Assembly: GCA_965240325.2 (NCBI GenBank)
Contig: OZ251232.1
Location: 1,674,001-1,738,000 of the forward strand
Length of the DNA: 64,000 nucleotides
Source: Rebecca billardiae RCC1528
Taxonomy: Eukaryota; Protista; Haptophyta
Direction: 5' to 3'
Within the stretch, counting starts at the first letter, position 1. Every line of letters begins with the position of its first letter. Below are positions 11,571-23,112 of the stretch, piece by piece. The notes beneath the pieces were generated by a model. The model searched no databases. It was given only the letters and a program-made list of their open reading frames with translations, and had not been told where the DNA came from. A program made the position numbers and the translations under genes.

Positions 11571-11839
11571 CTGTTCCTCGTAGTGTGACAGAGGGCACCT
11601 CGAGATACTATCTGAACCTGACGTGATTAATATGATGTATGAATTGACTAATATATAATACACATTCATTAATGACTTTGACATCGTACGGATGACCAAT
11701 GACCGAACATGAAGAACGTTCATCGATTTTCGGGCTTCGTCGCCAAGTTTCATCGCACCGAAACACAGTACAGTAACACACGCACCCGGCCCTGAGCGGA
11801 GCCACGCGGACCCAGGAATCCACCACGTCAGCAAGCAAC

Positions 11840-13351
11840 ATGTCCACCCAGGGCGAGGGCCGCGACCTTGGCGCACTCTTTCGGAAGGCGTCGAAGACAG
11901 TGATCATTGCGAATCGCGTCGCCCAGCTCCACGTCGATTCAGTCACCGCGCACGCGACGTGGACGCAACCGGCCGAGGCGAAGCACCGCGACCAAGGCCC
12001 GCAGATCTTCGTACTTGAAGAGCTGTTTGCGCGCCTTGCAACGGCCGCGCCAGCGCTGCGCAAGCTCACACTCGTCAACGCGACGATGCCGCGCGCCGCG
12101 CTGTGGGCAAGCCGATGGCGCGCCACCGCGCTCGTCGACGCGCTCCTGCGCGGCGCTTCGCAGGTCATGTTCGCGAGCAACCCGGTCACGGGCGTGATCC
12201 TCATCGCTGCGATGATCGCCGTCGACGCTCAGCTGGCGCTCCACGGCTTGCTCGGCCTGCTTGGCGCGACGCTCACGGCTATGGCGCTCGCGATGGACGC
12301 TAACCAGATCGAGACGGGTCTCTTCGGCTACAACGGCCTCCTCCTCGGCCTCGGCGTCGGTGTGTACCTCGCGCCGGCCGCTTCGAGCGCGACCGTCGTC
12401 AGCTCTGGCAGCATCGACGTCGCGCTGCTCCTCTCGGCGCTGTGGCTCGGTGGGCTGACCTCCTTCGTGCAGCTCGCCCTCGGCAACATGCTTGTCACCA
12501 CCTTCCGTGCCGTGCCTCTCTCTCTCCCCTTCGACGTGTGCACCATCATGATGATGCTCGTCACGCCAAGCTTCGACGCGCTCGCACGCGCGTCGTTCCT
12601 CACGCCCGCGCTCCCGCACGAAGAGGAGGGCGCGGGCGCGGGCGCCGCTGCGGTGGCGTTCGAGGGCGCAGCTGGAGGCGCCGCACTTGCGTGGGTATGC
12701 CGCGCCGCGCTCACCTCGATCGCGCAGATCTTCTTCATGGAGTCGGCGGTGCTCGGCGGGGTCATCATCTTGGCAGTCGGCATCTCGTCGCGAATTGCGG
12801 CAATCACGTGCGCGTATGGCGCTGTTGTGGGCGTGCTGCTCGCGACCTGGATGGGCGCGCCCGCCGCGGACATTGCCGCCGGGCTGTGGTGCTACAACTC
12901 CGCACTGGTGGCGGTGCTCACGATCACCTTCAACTACCCGACGCTGGCGACGGGCACGGTCGGCGTGACGCTCATGGTGATGTTCACACTGCTCATCGAC
13001 GCAGCGATGCGCGCGGCGATGGCGCCGATCGGCGTGCCGCCGGGCACGATCCCGTTTTGCACGGCGGGGATCGTGCAGTTTCTCACGCAAGGCAAGACCA
13101 ACCTGTTCGAGCCCATCCCGATCGAGAGCATCGCCACGCCGGAGGACCACATGTATTCGATGGACGCCGCCAAACGCACAGACGACGACAAGGTCAAGGC
13201 TGGGAGTGCCGTGCGGGGCCGCCTCGTTCTCACCAACCGCCTCGGCACTCAAACCACGCTCATTAGCAACAGAGTTGCTGCGACGCAGTCGACGGCGCCG
13301 GCGGAAGACGAGTGCTCCTTCGGCGCAGCAGCAGTGGAAGAGTCACTCTAG
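11840..13351 (+). CDS. Urea transporter, UT/SLC14 channel family; intronless
   Basis: Two homologous halves: LLRGASQVMF..NPVTG / GLFGYNG / LSLPF and SIAQIFF / GLWCYNS / GTIPFC. Confidence 0.9.
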   Translation: MSTQGEGRDLGALFRKASKTVIIANRVAQLHVDSVTAHATWTQPAEAKHRDQGPQIFVLEELFARLATAAPALRKLTLVNATMPRAALWASRWRATALVDALLRGASQVMFASNPVTGVILIAAMIAVDAQLALHGLLGLLGATLTAMALAMDANQIETGLFGYNGLLLGLGVGVYLAPAASSATVVSSGSIDVALLLSALWLGGLTSFVQLALGNMLVTTFRAVPLSLPFDVCTIMMMLVTPSFDALARASFLTPALPHEEEGAGAGAAAVAFEGAAGGAALAWVCRAALTSIAQIFFMESAVLGGVIILAVGISSRIAAITCAYGAVVGVLLATWMGAPAADIAAGLWCYNSALVAVLTITFNYPTLATGTVGVTLMVMFTLLIDAAMRAAMAPIGVPPGTIPFCTAGIVQFLTQGKTNLFEPIPIESIATPEDHMYSMDAAKRTDDDKVKAGSAVRGRLVLTNRLGTQTTLISNRVAATQSTAPAEDECSFGAAAVEESL

Positions 13352-15675
13352 TTGACAGGCAATACCGAATACGGGCAGCGCAGCGGTTCACGGCTCACGC
13401 CCTCGGATCTGATCAGCAGAGACTCGACGGTGACTACGATATTCACTAGCAGCTTATTATCGTAACATGGTGATGACCACTTAAATACCGCGCCGCCATA
13501 TCGATCGACTTATTGGCGTCACTTCAGCCGACTGGCCGCCGGCGCGCGGGCTGGGGCAGCCACGCCGCGTCGGTGCCGGATGGCCGGGGCCGTGCGGGGC
13601 CCACTCCGATCAGTCTGACTAAATACTCATGACGAGTCGTCATCGTCGTCAGCATGATCATGCCATCAATGCTGGGCTCGTTATCAGCACTACGGACGAA
13701 TAAGGCATCACGGCCAATAATGTCATATCAATCACGCCGCGCGGCCGCTCAAATTCATAAGTCCGCTGGCGCCTATGCCGCCTACTAATAAGTATCTATA
13801 AGTTTCCTAATTTCAGGCTAATCGGCTCCGGGAACGAAAGTCCGGCGTGTGCTGCTGGGCGCCGTGCCTGGCCCGGGGACGGCATGGCAGGCGGCATGCC
13901 GAGTTACGTCGCGGACTACTACGAATAATAAGCCAAATAGTCCCGGAGACTCGCGATATCACTATAGCCACTCAGTGACGGTACACTGCTGAGACGGGTG
14001 CAGCCAGTCCGACCCTAAATCCTAATCCCTACACTAGCATACTTGAGCTATGTGCAGGCACACGCGCGGAACTTGATGAAGATCCGCGCAGTTACTCTCC
14101 TGGCTGAAGCGTTGCTACTTGCTGCCACCTAGCTCCCCCCCAGGGTAGCCTTCCGCTTAGTTAGTAACGGCGCGCCGCCCACGAAGCCGACCCGGCATGA
14201 TGTGCTGGACTCGGACTGCCCGCTCTAAGTTCGGCTGGCAGCGCGCCTCAGTCCGAGTCCGTCCGCCAATACCCTCACTGACACGCCCGCGGAGCACGTG
14301 CGGCCTATCTAGTCACACTGGCACTCCCTGATTGGGCCACTGGCCACTCTCCAGCCGGCGTCATGCCAGCACTGAGCACTGAGCCGTGAGCGGGCAAACT
14401 GCCAATAAACATGCAGCTTTCGCTCTAGATATAAGATATAGATAGATAGAGTAATATGTGTGTATGTGTGTGTGCGTGTGTGTATAACGGTACGGTACGA
14501 GTACAGTTTATTGTACTACTGACTACTGTAAGTCGTCTGCTCACCGGTGCCGTGGCACCCATAGGCATAGGGGCATCAGTCTGGCCGGCGCGCGGCTGGA
14601 TCGGACACGGCGATGAGTCGCGACCCATGGCGGGCCATCACAACGACAGCTCGGGCATCATGACTGTGGGCCAGTACCTCGACGCCCCACCGGCTGCCAG
14701 CCGGCCATCTGCCCCGCATAGCTTGCTGCAGCCCTGTGAAGCGGTGCCTGAAAACTCATGCACGCAGCTGCAGGTCGTTCGGGCTGGGCACTCCGCCCTG
14801 CATGCGGGTGGCTCGTGTGGCCTGTGCCGCACGACTAGTATAGCTGTCAGACATGCTGATGGCCTCCTGCCAATGTGCATCCAATAGCCCCAGTTGGCAG
14901 TTGGAGTCGGTGCGTCTGTAAGAGACGTGCAGTGCCGAGCACCCAGTCCACCGCAGCTACCCTGAGACGTGAGGAAAGCGGACTGTCTGGTAGCAGCCAC
15001 AGGTCTGTAGGCTGCTGTGCGGAGCGTTGCGCCAGCTGGACAAACGCGAAGGACCCAGCATCCAGGATCCTGGATGCTGGAGGGTCCCCAACGAGACCCA
15101 CCTGCGGATCGAGGCCCTCTCCCGCTGTGCCGCTTTCGGCGCACGCTCTGCCGGTGCGGCGGGCGACGTGTGCGCACGCCGTGCAGCTCGCGGCGCGTGC
15201 GCGTTGGCTAGCTGGCGCACGTCTCATGACGCACAAGTCGAATGACTGCAGCTGGGATGCCCTTTCTCGCCTCAAGGACGCGTGCGACGCCAGTCGTCGC
15301 GGCCGAGCGGCCGGGCCGTGCCGCCTGCACGCTGGGCGCCCGTGGGCGTGGCTTCGCCGCGCGCGCTGAGGCAGGCAAGCGTCGCGACCGACTTCCACGA
15401 CGCGCGCGACGCGCCATAACCTTCTCGGAGGCAAGGAAGCGGGCATATGGCGCGTCGCGCGCGTCAAGTCTTCTCGGAGGCAAGGAAGCGGGCATATGGC
15501 GCGTCGCGCGCGTCGTGGAAGTCGACCGCCCGCAAGGATGCGGCTTGTAAGTAATAGGGCAAAGGGGGACCGGATTGGGAGTCGACCGGCCGCCATCGTG
15601 CGGCCGTAAACTTTCATCGTCGAGAGTTCGATCAGGGCGTTTCAAGACCTGTGAAGCACACGCCCACCGGCGGCC

Positions 15676-17651
15676 ATGAGCCTCGCCGCTCTCCGCAAGG
15701 AGCTGCAGGATCTCATCAGGGCGTCGGACACGGCCGGGGAGCGGTTCGCTGACCTCGACTCACGTGCTCGCCCATACACGCTCAACCCGGGTGGATCGGT
15801 CCGCGCACACCCCGCCGTGAGCGCTTGCGTCGCAAGCTCGCGAGGCTGGCCCCGGCTCACCCACTCGCGCCGCCTCCCGCTCGCAACGCTGGCGCGGCAG
15901 GTGTCATGGGGACCACGCTCGCGGGGCACGACATTGGATGTGAGGCGCTGCACCCGCGCCGTCCGCGCACCTCTCTGCCCGCCTGCGCGGGCTCCCTCGT
16001 CGCGCGTGCGGTGAATGCGCGGCTGAGGCGTTGTGCTCGCTCGTCCGGCCCGCGCGCGCGCGCGCAGATCTCGTGCGTGAACGACCGTCCCGGGCACGGC
16101 GTGTTGCCCGCGCAGCACAGGCGAGTCGCAGGGCCGTCGGGCGTCGGCGCGCGCACCGCCGGCAGCGTCCGACCGAACCTGCCGTCGCTGCCGACAGCCG
16201 TGGGTGGGCGCGCATCGGCCATCGTGGCGTCCGCGCCTCCGGCGGCGCGTGGCGAGCTGAGCGGCGCGGAGGAGATGCCTGGGATCCCCGCGGGGTACGC
16301 GCCGTCGAACCGCTCGGAGGCGGTGCAGCTTGCCAAGGCCCTGGACGAGCGCCTCCGCGAGCCCAGCGCCTCCTCGTACGAGGGCAAGCTCGAAGTGTAC
16401 GACGCGGCTCTTGACGAGCTGGTGCGTCAGGTGTCCGTGCACTGCGTCGAGCGCGGCGAGGTGCTGGCGAGGCTGCGCTCGTTCTACTCGACGCACGCGG
16501 CGGCGTTCGGCTCGGTCACGCGCAAGCGGCAGGAGGACGCCGGCCTCTCCGACCTCGACGTGCGGCTCGACAGCCAGGCGGCCGTGCACAAGAAGCTGCT
16601 CGGCCGCGTGGCCAAGCTCGAGGCGAAGATGCGCCGCATCGAGATCCTGCTCAAGGATGGGGACGTGGGCGCGGCGAAGGCGCTGATCCTCGCGACGGAG
16701 GGCGACCAGGGCGCCGTGGTCGACGGCAACCGCGCGATCAACGCCGTCTCCGAGCGCCTGCTCGCCAACCCGGTCGGGCTGCGCGTCGAGATCCTGTCGT
16801 CCATGCTGAAGCCGTTCACGCCAAAGGAGCGCGCGGAGACGGTCGGCCACCTGCTCGCGGCGCTGCCGGGCGAGGAGCACGTGAACGGGCTGCACGAGGC
16901 GGTGCTGCAGCTGTACCCGCTCTCGCGCCAGCGAGCCGTCCTCGCGCTGGCCCAGCCGATGGCGCCGTCCGAGCTGCTTGAGCTCGTGTACTCGCTCTCG
17001 ACCAACTTCCAGACGCCCGAGCTGGTCGAGTTGTTGCAGCTGCCGCTGCGCGCGCTGCCCAAGGAGCGCACGCTCGACGTGATGGAGATGATGCTGCAGC
17101 TCTCGCCCGCCGTGGCCCACTCGGTGGTGCGGATCTACGGCCGGATGGCCGAGACGCAGCGGCTGCAGGCCGTCCGGCAGATGGCCACCAACTTCTCCGC
17201 GGGCGAGGTGTGGCAGCTGAAGTCGGTGCTCCACCTCGAGCCGGCGACGACGGTGCAGAAGCTCGAGGCCGAGCTCAAGAAGGAGCAGCACAAGGCGGCG
17301 GAGCTGGCGCAGGAGGTGTTCGAGCTGCGGCGGAAGCTCGATCGCGGCGCTGGCAAGACGACGTCGGCGCGCATGTCCGGCGCCAAAGCGGCGCTCGCAG
17401 TCGGGGCGATATCCAACCACTCGAGTGCGCGGCGCTCGCTGCGCGCGTCGGTGTCGGGGTCAGCGCACCAGCTGCCCGGAAGCCCGGGCAGCTCGGCGAG
17501 ACACGCCGAGGGCGCCGGCAGCGCGAGCGGGGGTGACAGCCCACCCGCAGCCGCTCTCGTCGACGTGGACAGAGGCCCTGGCGGCGGCGCCCCGGGCGGG
17601 CGGAGCAGCACCAGGCTGTCCACTGTGCTGGGCGGTATGGCAGCGACGTAG
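15676..17651 (+). CDS. Axonemal dynein light-chain (p28/AXDND1-like) domain protein; predicted exons 15676-15816, 15901-15939, 16068-17651
   Basis: EVYDAALDELVRQVSVHCVERGEVLARLR matches the Ax_dynein_light motif (FDELIRQV...C.ERG.LL); both GT-AG introns are phase 0; 5' exon structure less certain. Confidence 0.7.
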
Positions 17652-17690
17652 CCGTAGTTACGTACGTTCGAGATCACTACTTATATTAAT

Positions 17691-18969
17691 GGCCCGCGGT
17701 GCAGGGCGGAGCGCGCAGCGTGGAGCCCGCTCCGTGGGCCCTAACCACGTTATTTCAAAAAAATCTTTGATCAAAGAAAAAAGGGATGGGCCATGGGGGA
17801 CGATTTTCAGGGCTGGAGGAGACCGAGTTTCGAATTTTGAGACCGCAAGAGACATCCATTGCAGCGAGAAATGGACGCGTCCGCTCTTTTGATAGTCAGA
17901 GGAATCAACGAAACCCACGTCCAAGTGTGCGAGGGTGGGTAATTGTGGGTAGACTGTGACCATAGTAAATAAGCACATGACCATAGTGCGCGCGCCAGAC
18001 ACGGAGCGCGCGCACCAGTTGCGTCGCGCTGCGCACGGAGCATGCGCGACGAGATCGCGGCGGGGGCGGCGAGATCGCGGCGGGGGCGACGGGCAACAGC
18101 CTGCCCGCGGGCGCGTTCGTCACTCGAGGAGCAGCGCGCAAGGGCGAGCCGAGTCCGGAGCACGAGTGCCGATGGGCGGCGGCGTTACCCGCGGCGTATC
18201 AGCAGGCTGACGTGCACGAGCACGTGACACGCGGAGGCGCTAGGCGCCAAGCTGGCGAAGTGCGGCGCCGAGCTCGACGAGCTGAGCGACGCGGCAACGG
18301 ACGCGCTGGGCGCCCGCGCTGCCATCGTCGCGGCGCCCTCCAGCAGCTCGAGCAGCTGTGGATAGATGGCTGTCGAGGCGACCGCGGGTGTGACTCACAG
18401 TGTGAGTGAGTCGCGCGCGGCTCAGCCTGCCGCTGGCAGCCGCCGTCTTCGAGGCCGACGCGGCGGAGGAGGCGGCGGGCGAGCACGGCGGCGCGGTGGA
18501 GCAGGCGCGCACGCGCGGCGGCAGGCGCGACGCGCCGCTCGCCTCGTTCCACCGCCCCGAGCTCCGCTCGGTCGGTCTCGGTGCGAGGCTGCGCAGCCGG
18601 CAGGCCGGGGCCAGCAGTGGCGCGCGCTCTCGCTCTGCCGGCACGAGCGACCAGCGGCCCGTCGTCGAGCGCATGGCGCAGGGCGAGTACCTCAAGCAGG
18701 TGCGCCCGCTCGCGCGCACGCGCCGGCTCGCGCCGCGCCAGCGCCTCTCGCCCTGCCTGCGCGCGCGCGCCGGCCGCTAGTCCCCGCGGCGGCCCGCGGC
18801 GACAGTCCTCGGCCCGCCGGCCCGGTGGGCGGCAGTGACTGATGAGTTGGCGGTGGCAGCTCAGGCGAACTGTTACACATGTCAGACTGAGACAGCAGCC
18901 GACGGAGGGTGCACCGCGGGCCCCGAACTACGTTCGTTCTACGGAAAAAGACCGCGGAACGCGGTCATA
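17691..18969 (+). mobile_element. Non-autonomous Helitron2/Helentron-like element, copy A, carrying host-like gene fragments
   Basis: 5' GGCCCGCGGTGCA (17691-17703) with asymmetric inverted copy at 18910-18922; 3' hairpin GACCGCG-GAA-CGCGGTC (18950-18966); both ends shared with copy B. Confidence 0.7.
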
Positions 18970-20422
18970 ACTGTCTACTCGAGTGTCGATCGCCGTCATC
19001 ACTAGTACTCAATCGACAGTATTTCAGTATAGCAGGCACCGCGACTACAGCATCAGTCACCTGAGAGTGAGTCACTGAGAGTTATACTGACGCGGAGTAT
19101 TCGGGCTACCGCTACGGCCGCTATTACGCCGCATTACTGAACCGACTACCAGAGTAGCCCGTAATCCGTATTAAAGGCGCCGCGCGCGCAGGCTCCGACT
19201 CCGATCCGAGTCAGTGCTGCATCCCGGCGCCGATCATCGCGGATGCCTGCCGAGGGATCGGCCTGCACCTGTTTCACTAGTGAGTGAGTTTATTGAATAT
19301 TGTTCAGCCCGGTATTTGCAGTACTATGCGCTGCGTAACTCCAGCCCGTTCAGGCACCGCCCGGCCAGTCTGCCAGTCGCCGGTGAGGCCCGCGGAGGCC
19401 GGACTGTGACTGTGTCTGTCAGCACAGAGTCAGCACGACTCAGCGGGCAGCACAGTCACGAACGATGCCAGCAGGCGAAAGTACCGTATCATAATCATAA
19501 TGCTGGTCGCGCAGGCAGTTTGCCTCAACGGGCGCACGCCATGTGATATGTCTAATGATGGCCCCGCGACGTCCGCGATCTGTGATGACTACAAAAGAGC
19601 ACGAGAACGGATCCGCGCAGCTGCTGACGAGCGAGTGCTGATCACTTGTCGTGCCAAGCCTGGTTGAGACCTGAGCTTGAAGAAGAACGGAAGATGACGA
19701 TGATGATTTTAAGAGGACTCCAGTCGCGAGGCGGAATTGCATCGCAATTCGCACTTCTAGTGCTACAGGACAGTGCGGTGATGAATGCTATGCACGCATA
19801 GCCATCGCGCCCGTCTGACACGATTCTGTGTCTCTATGATCGTCCCAACAAGGCGGTCCGACCGTCAGCGAGGCCGTGCGCACCATTTGTGACAAGTCAA
19901 AGTGGCATGCAAACGGGCCGACGATACGCTCGTCAAGGAATCGCGAGACGACATGGCGTGCGCCTATGACGTCGGCTCGTCGCCATCTCGCCCGGCAGCA
20001 GCGCCCGTTCCTGCTGACCACGCCGCGCACGGCGCGCGCGTGGTCGGCTGCGACGCCGGGCGAGCGTATCGCGCGGCAAGATGAATATTACGTTTTCATA
20101 TTAATCGAAGCGTAACCCCCATACATACTTTAGTATCAAACTGGAAACGGCATACCCCATGTATGAATACTGACGTTTTTCGAGATTGTGGGAGGATATG
20201 GCCGAGATTGTCGGAAGTGGCCGAGATTTTTATGCGCCCCTGACAGTTGGCTTGCAGTTGGCGAGATCATAGGAGCCGGTGAATCTCCCGAGGTTTGCTT
20301 GCTTCGACGTGATGACAGATTCCCGATCATTAATATCCATAAGGATTCCTCGTGCAAACGTCGCCGAAGCGCGCCTTCGCCGCTCGGTCGACCGCCGCGT
20401 GGACTCCCCGACACCGCGCGTC

Positions 20423-23112
20423 ATGACGTTTCGCACGAAAGGAGCTGTCGTCGGCGAGGAGGTGGTGGAGGTGACCACGGGCTCTTGCAGCCCGGCCGCC
20501 CGTGGCCGCAGGTTATTCCGCCCGTGCTCTCCAGACATTGCGCCGACGTGCACTCGCCGCACGCCCCGCGCATCATCGCGTTTCGCACAACCTGCTCGGC
20601 GGAAGGAGCCGCGCCACTCGGAGGAGGTCGCGCCGTCCGCCCGTACGTTGGGCGAGAAACGCAGCCGATCGAGCAGCCAGGCGATCGTCGTCGATGCGGA
20701 GCGGCTCGCCGCAGTCGCGAAGGAGTCTGCACGCATGGCTGTCTCGTCGTGCGTGCGGCGCACTCCCATTGGTGCCCCACGCTTCGATCCAACCGCCGCT
20801 CGCGAGCCGCGTCACTCTCACGAGGTGACGGCAGAGCGGAGCTCCTCGGCGGCCACCCCACCACCACCCAGCCCCGCGCCATCGCCGCTCGAGCCGAGCC
20901 ACCTAGCGAGCAAGCCAACGATCGCGCTCGAGGTCGAGCGGCCTTCCGCCTCCAGCAACGCGGGCTCCGTCAAGCACGGCCCGCTCGTCGACGCCGAACT
21001 GCTCGCGATGGCTACGGAGCCGCCGGTTGTGCGGATGCTCTCGTCGGTCTCCTCCGGGCAGGCCGAGGTGATCCGCGAGCGGCTCAGGGCGGCGCGCGCG
21101 GCTGGGCGCAACTTCCAGCTGTGCGTGCAGCTGCCACTGATCCTCGCGGCCGTGCTCATCATCGCCGCCGGCGCTTCGCTCCAGCTCACGGCCGCCCTGG
21201 CGACGCACGCGCCGGCAGCCGCGCACGGGATGCTCAGCTCGGCGGGCAACACCGTCAGCGGCGCAGGCGTGTTCTGGCTCCTCAGCTCCGTGCTGCCGGC
21301 GCAGCCGCGGGCGGTCCGGGCCGCCGCGGTGGCCACCGCGCTGGGCAGTGTGGTGTGTGGCGTGGTGACTGCGCGCATGCTGGCGGGCGCCGTCCACGCG
21401 CTCCGCGCCTCGCCGGTGTGTGCCGAGCCGGTCCGTGCGGCCGCGTGCTGGCCGGCGCACCTCCACGTCGCGCTGGTGGCGAGCTGCGCGCTGCAAAGTG
21501 CCGTCGTGGCCATCATCATCGCGCGCGGCCTCATCCGCAGGCTTCCGCCGCGCGCGATGCTCGAAACCGCTTGGACCGCGCTCAGCGTGCAGCTCCTCCT
21601 CAACGTGCGCCGCGCCGCGCGTCCCGCCGCCGTGCGCCGCGCGACCCGGATGCGTGTCGTGCTGCGCGCGGCGCGCGCCGCGCCTCACGCCCCGATCCGG
21701 CCCTGGGCCGATGCGCGCCCGCGCAGGCCTGCCTCGTCGGCGGCGGCACGAGCGTGCGCCTGCTCGCAGCGCTCACGCCGCTGAGCGCGCTGCCCCACTG
21801 GCTGCCCCAGCTGCTCGAGGGCGCCGTCTCGCTGTCGCTCGGCGTGCTCAGCACGAGCAAGCGCTTCCGCGCGCGCGCGCAGTCGTCGCTCGCCGTGCGG
21901 CACGGCTCAACCCGCAGCGCTACGGCGGTCGCCGCGCTGATCGGCGCCATGGACCCGGCGGTGGTGCAGGCGACGGCGCGCGAGCACTTCCGCTGCATCC
22001 GGCTCGACCTGCTCAAGCAGGCAGACCTGCTCGACAACGAGCCCGACCCGGCGCTCTTCGAGCGCTCCAAGCCGGCGCAGGTGGGCGAGGTGGACGCGTT
22101 TGTCAGCCACTCGTGGCACGACGACGCGCGCGACAAGTTCAGCGCGCTGCAGGCGTGGGGCGACGAGTTCCGCGCGGCGCACGGGCGCTGGCCGACCGTG
22201 TGGCTCGACAAGGCGTGCATCGACCAGGCCAACCTGGTCGACGACCTGGTCTGCCTCCCCGTCTTCCTCGCCGCGTGCAACGAGCTGCTCGTGCTCGCGG
22301 GGCCCACGTGGAGCTCGAGGCTCTGGTGCATCGTCGAGCTGCTCTGCTTCGTGCAGATGGGCGGCAGCCGCGAGACCATCAAGGTGCGGAGCACGCTGCG
22401 GGACGACCGTGCGCTCGGCGAGGACGGCGAGCCGCGCGCGTCGCGCCACATGAGTGCGCGCGTGCTCCTCGCCACCGTCGACGTGAGCGCCGCGACCTGC
22501 ACGATCGAGGAGGACAGGCAGCGGCTGCTCGGCGTGTTCGAGACGGCGTTCGGCGGGCTGGGCCCGTGCAACGCGGCGCTGCGCGAGATGCTGCAGCGAA
22601 CTGAGCAGCCGGTCGTGCCGGACGCGTCGTGCTGCCTGCCGGCGTGCCTCGACTCGCTCGTGAACGCCGTGTCGGCGCGGCTCGCGCCCGACCGCGAGTC
22701 ATCCCGCGGCGGGCGCGTGCGCCCGACACAGACGGACGCGAGCGCCGCCGGCGCCAGCGCGAGCTCCTACGAGGAGCCGAGCGAGCGGCTGTGGGGGCCG
22801 CTGCCCCTCGTGCCACCGCGCAGGTCCTTCTCCGAATGCTCGTCGAGCTGGCGCTCGGCAGCCTCGAGCCGCGCCTCGAGCCGGGCTCCGAGCGTCGTTC
22901 TGCTTGGTCCGAGCGCTTCGCACCCGGCGGTCCTCGTCAGCAGCGAGCTCCAGTCGGTGGCGGGCTCCGAGGACCTGAGCGACTGCGACGAGGACCTCGA
23001 CGAATCCCCCGAGCAGACGACTCCGAGGACAGTCGTGGCAACCTCGTGGGGCCCGGAGCACGCTGCCGCAGGCGTCGCCTCATCGGAGTCCGTGCCCGAC
23101 TCGCCCGTCTGA
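20423..23112 (+). CDS. Multi-pass membrane protein with C-terminal TIR-like (TIR/HET-related) domain; exons 20423-21604, 21727-23112
   Basis: 5-6 hydrophobic helices followed by DAFVSHSWHD...VWLDKACIDQ...LPVFLAAC..LLVLAGPTWSSRLWCIVE; phase-0 GT-AG intron 21605-21726; start codon uncertain (alternative ATG at 20312). Confidence 0.8.

Noticed and set aside
14013-14031. CCCTAAATCCTAATCCCT telomere-like motif
   Set aside because: Too short and degenerate
14580-15370. Possible degraded gene on the minus strand
   Set aside because: No recognisable motif or consistent frame
17691-18922. Reading element A as a simple TIR (Harbinger-like) MITE
   Set aside because: No TSD, and similarity between copies extends ~45 bp beyond the 3' inverted repeat through a conserved hairpin, which favours a Helitron2-type structure
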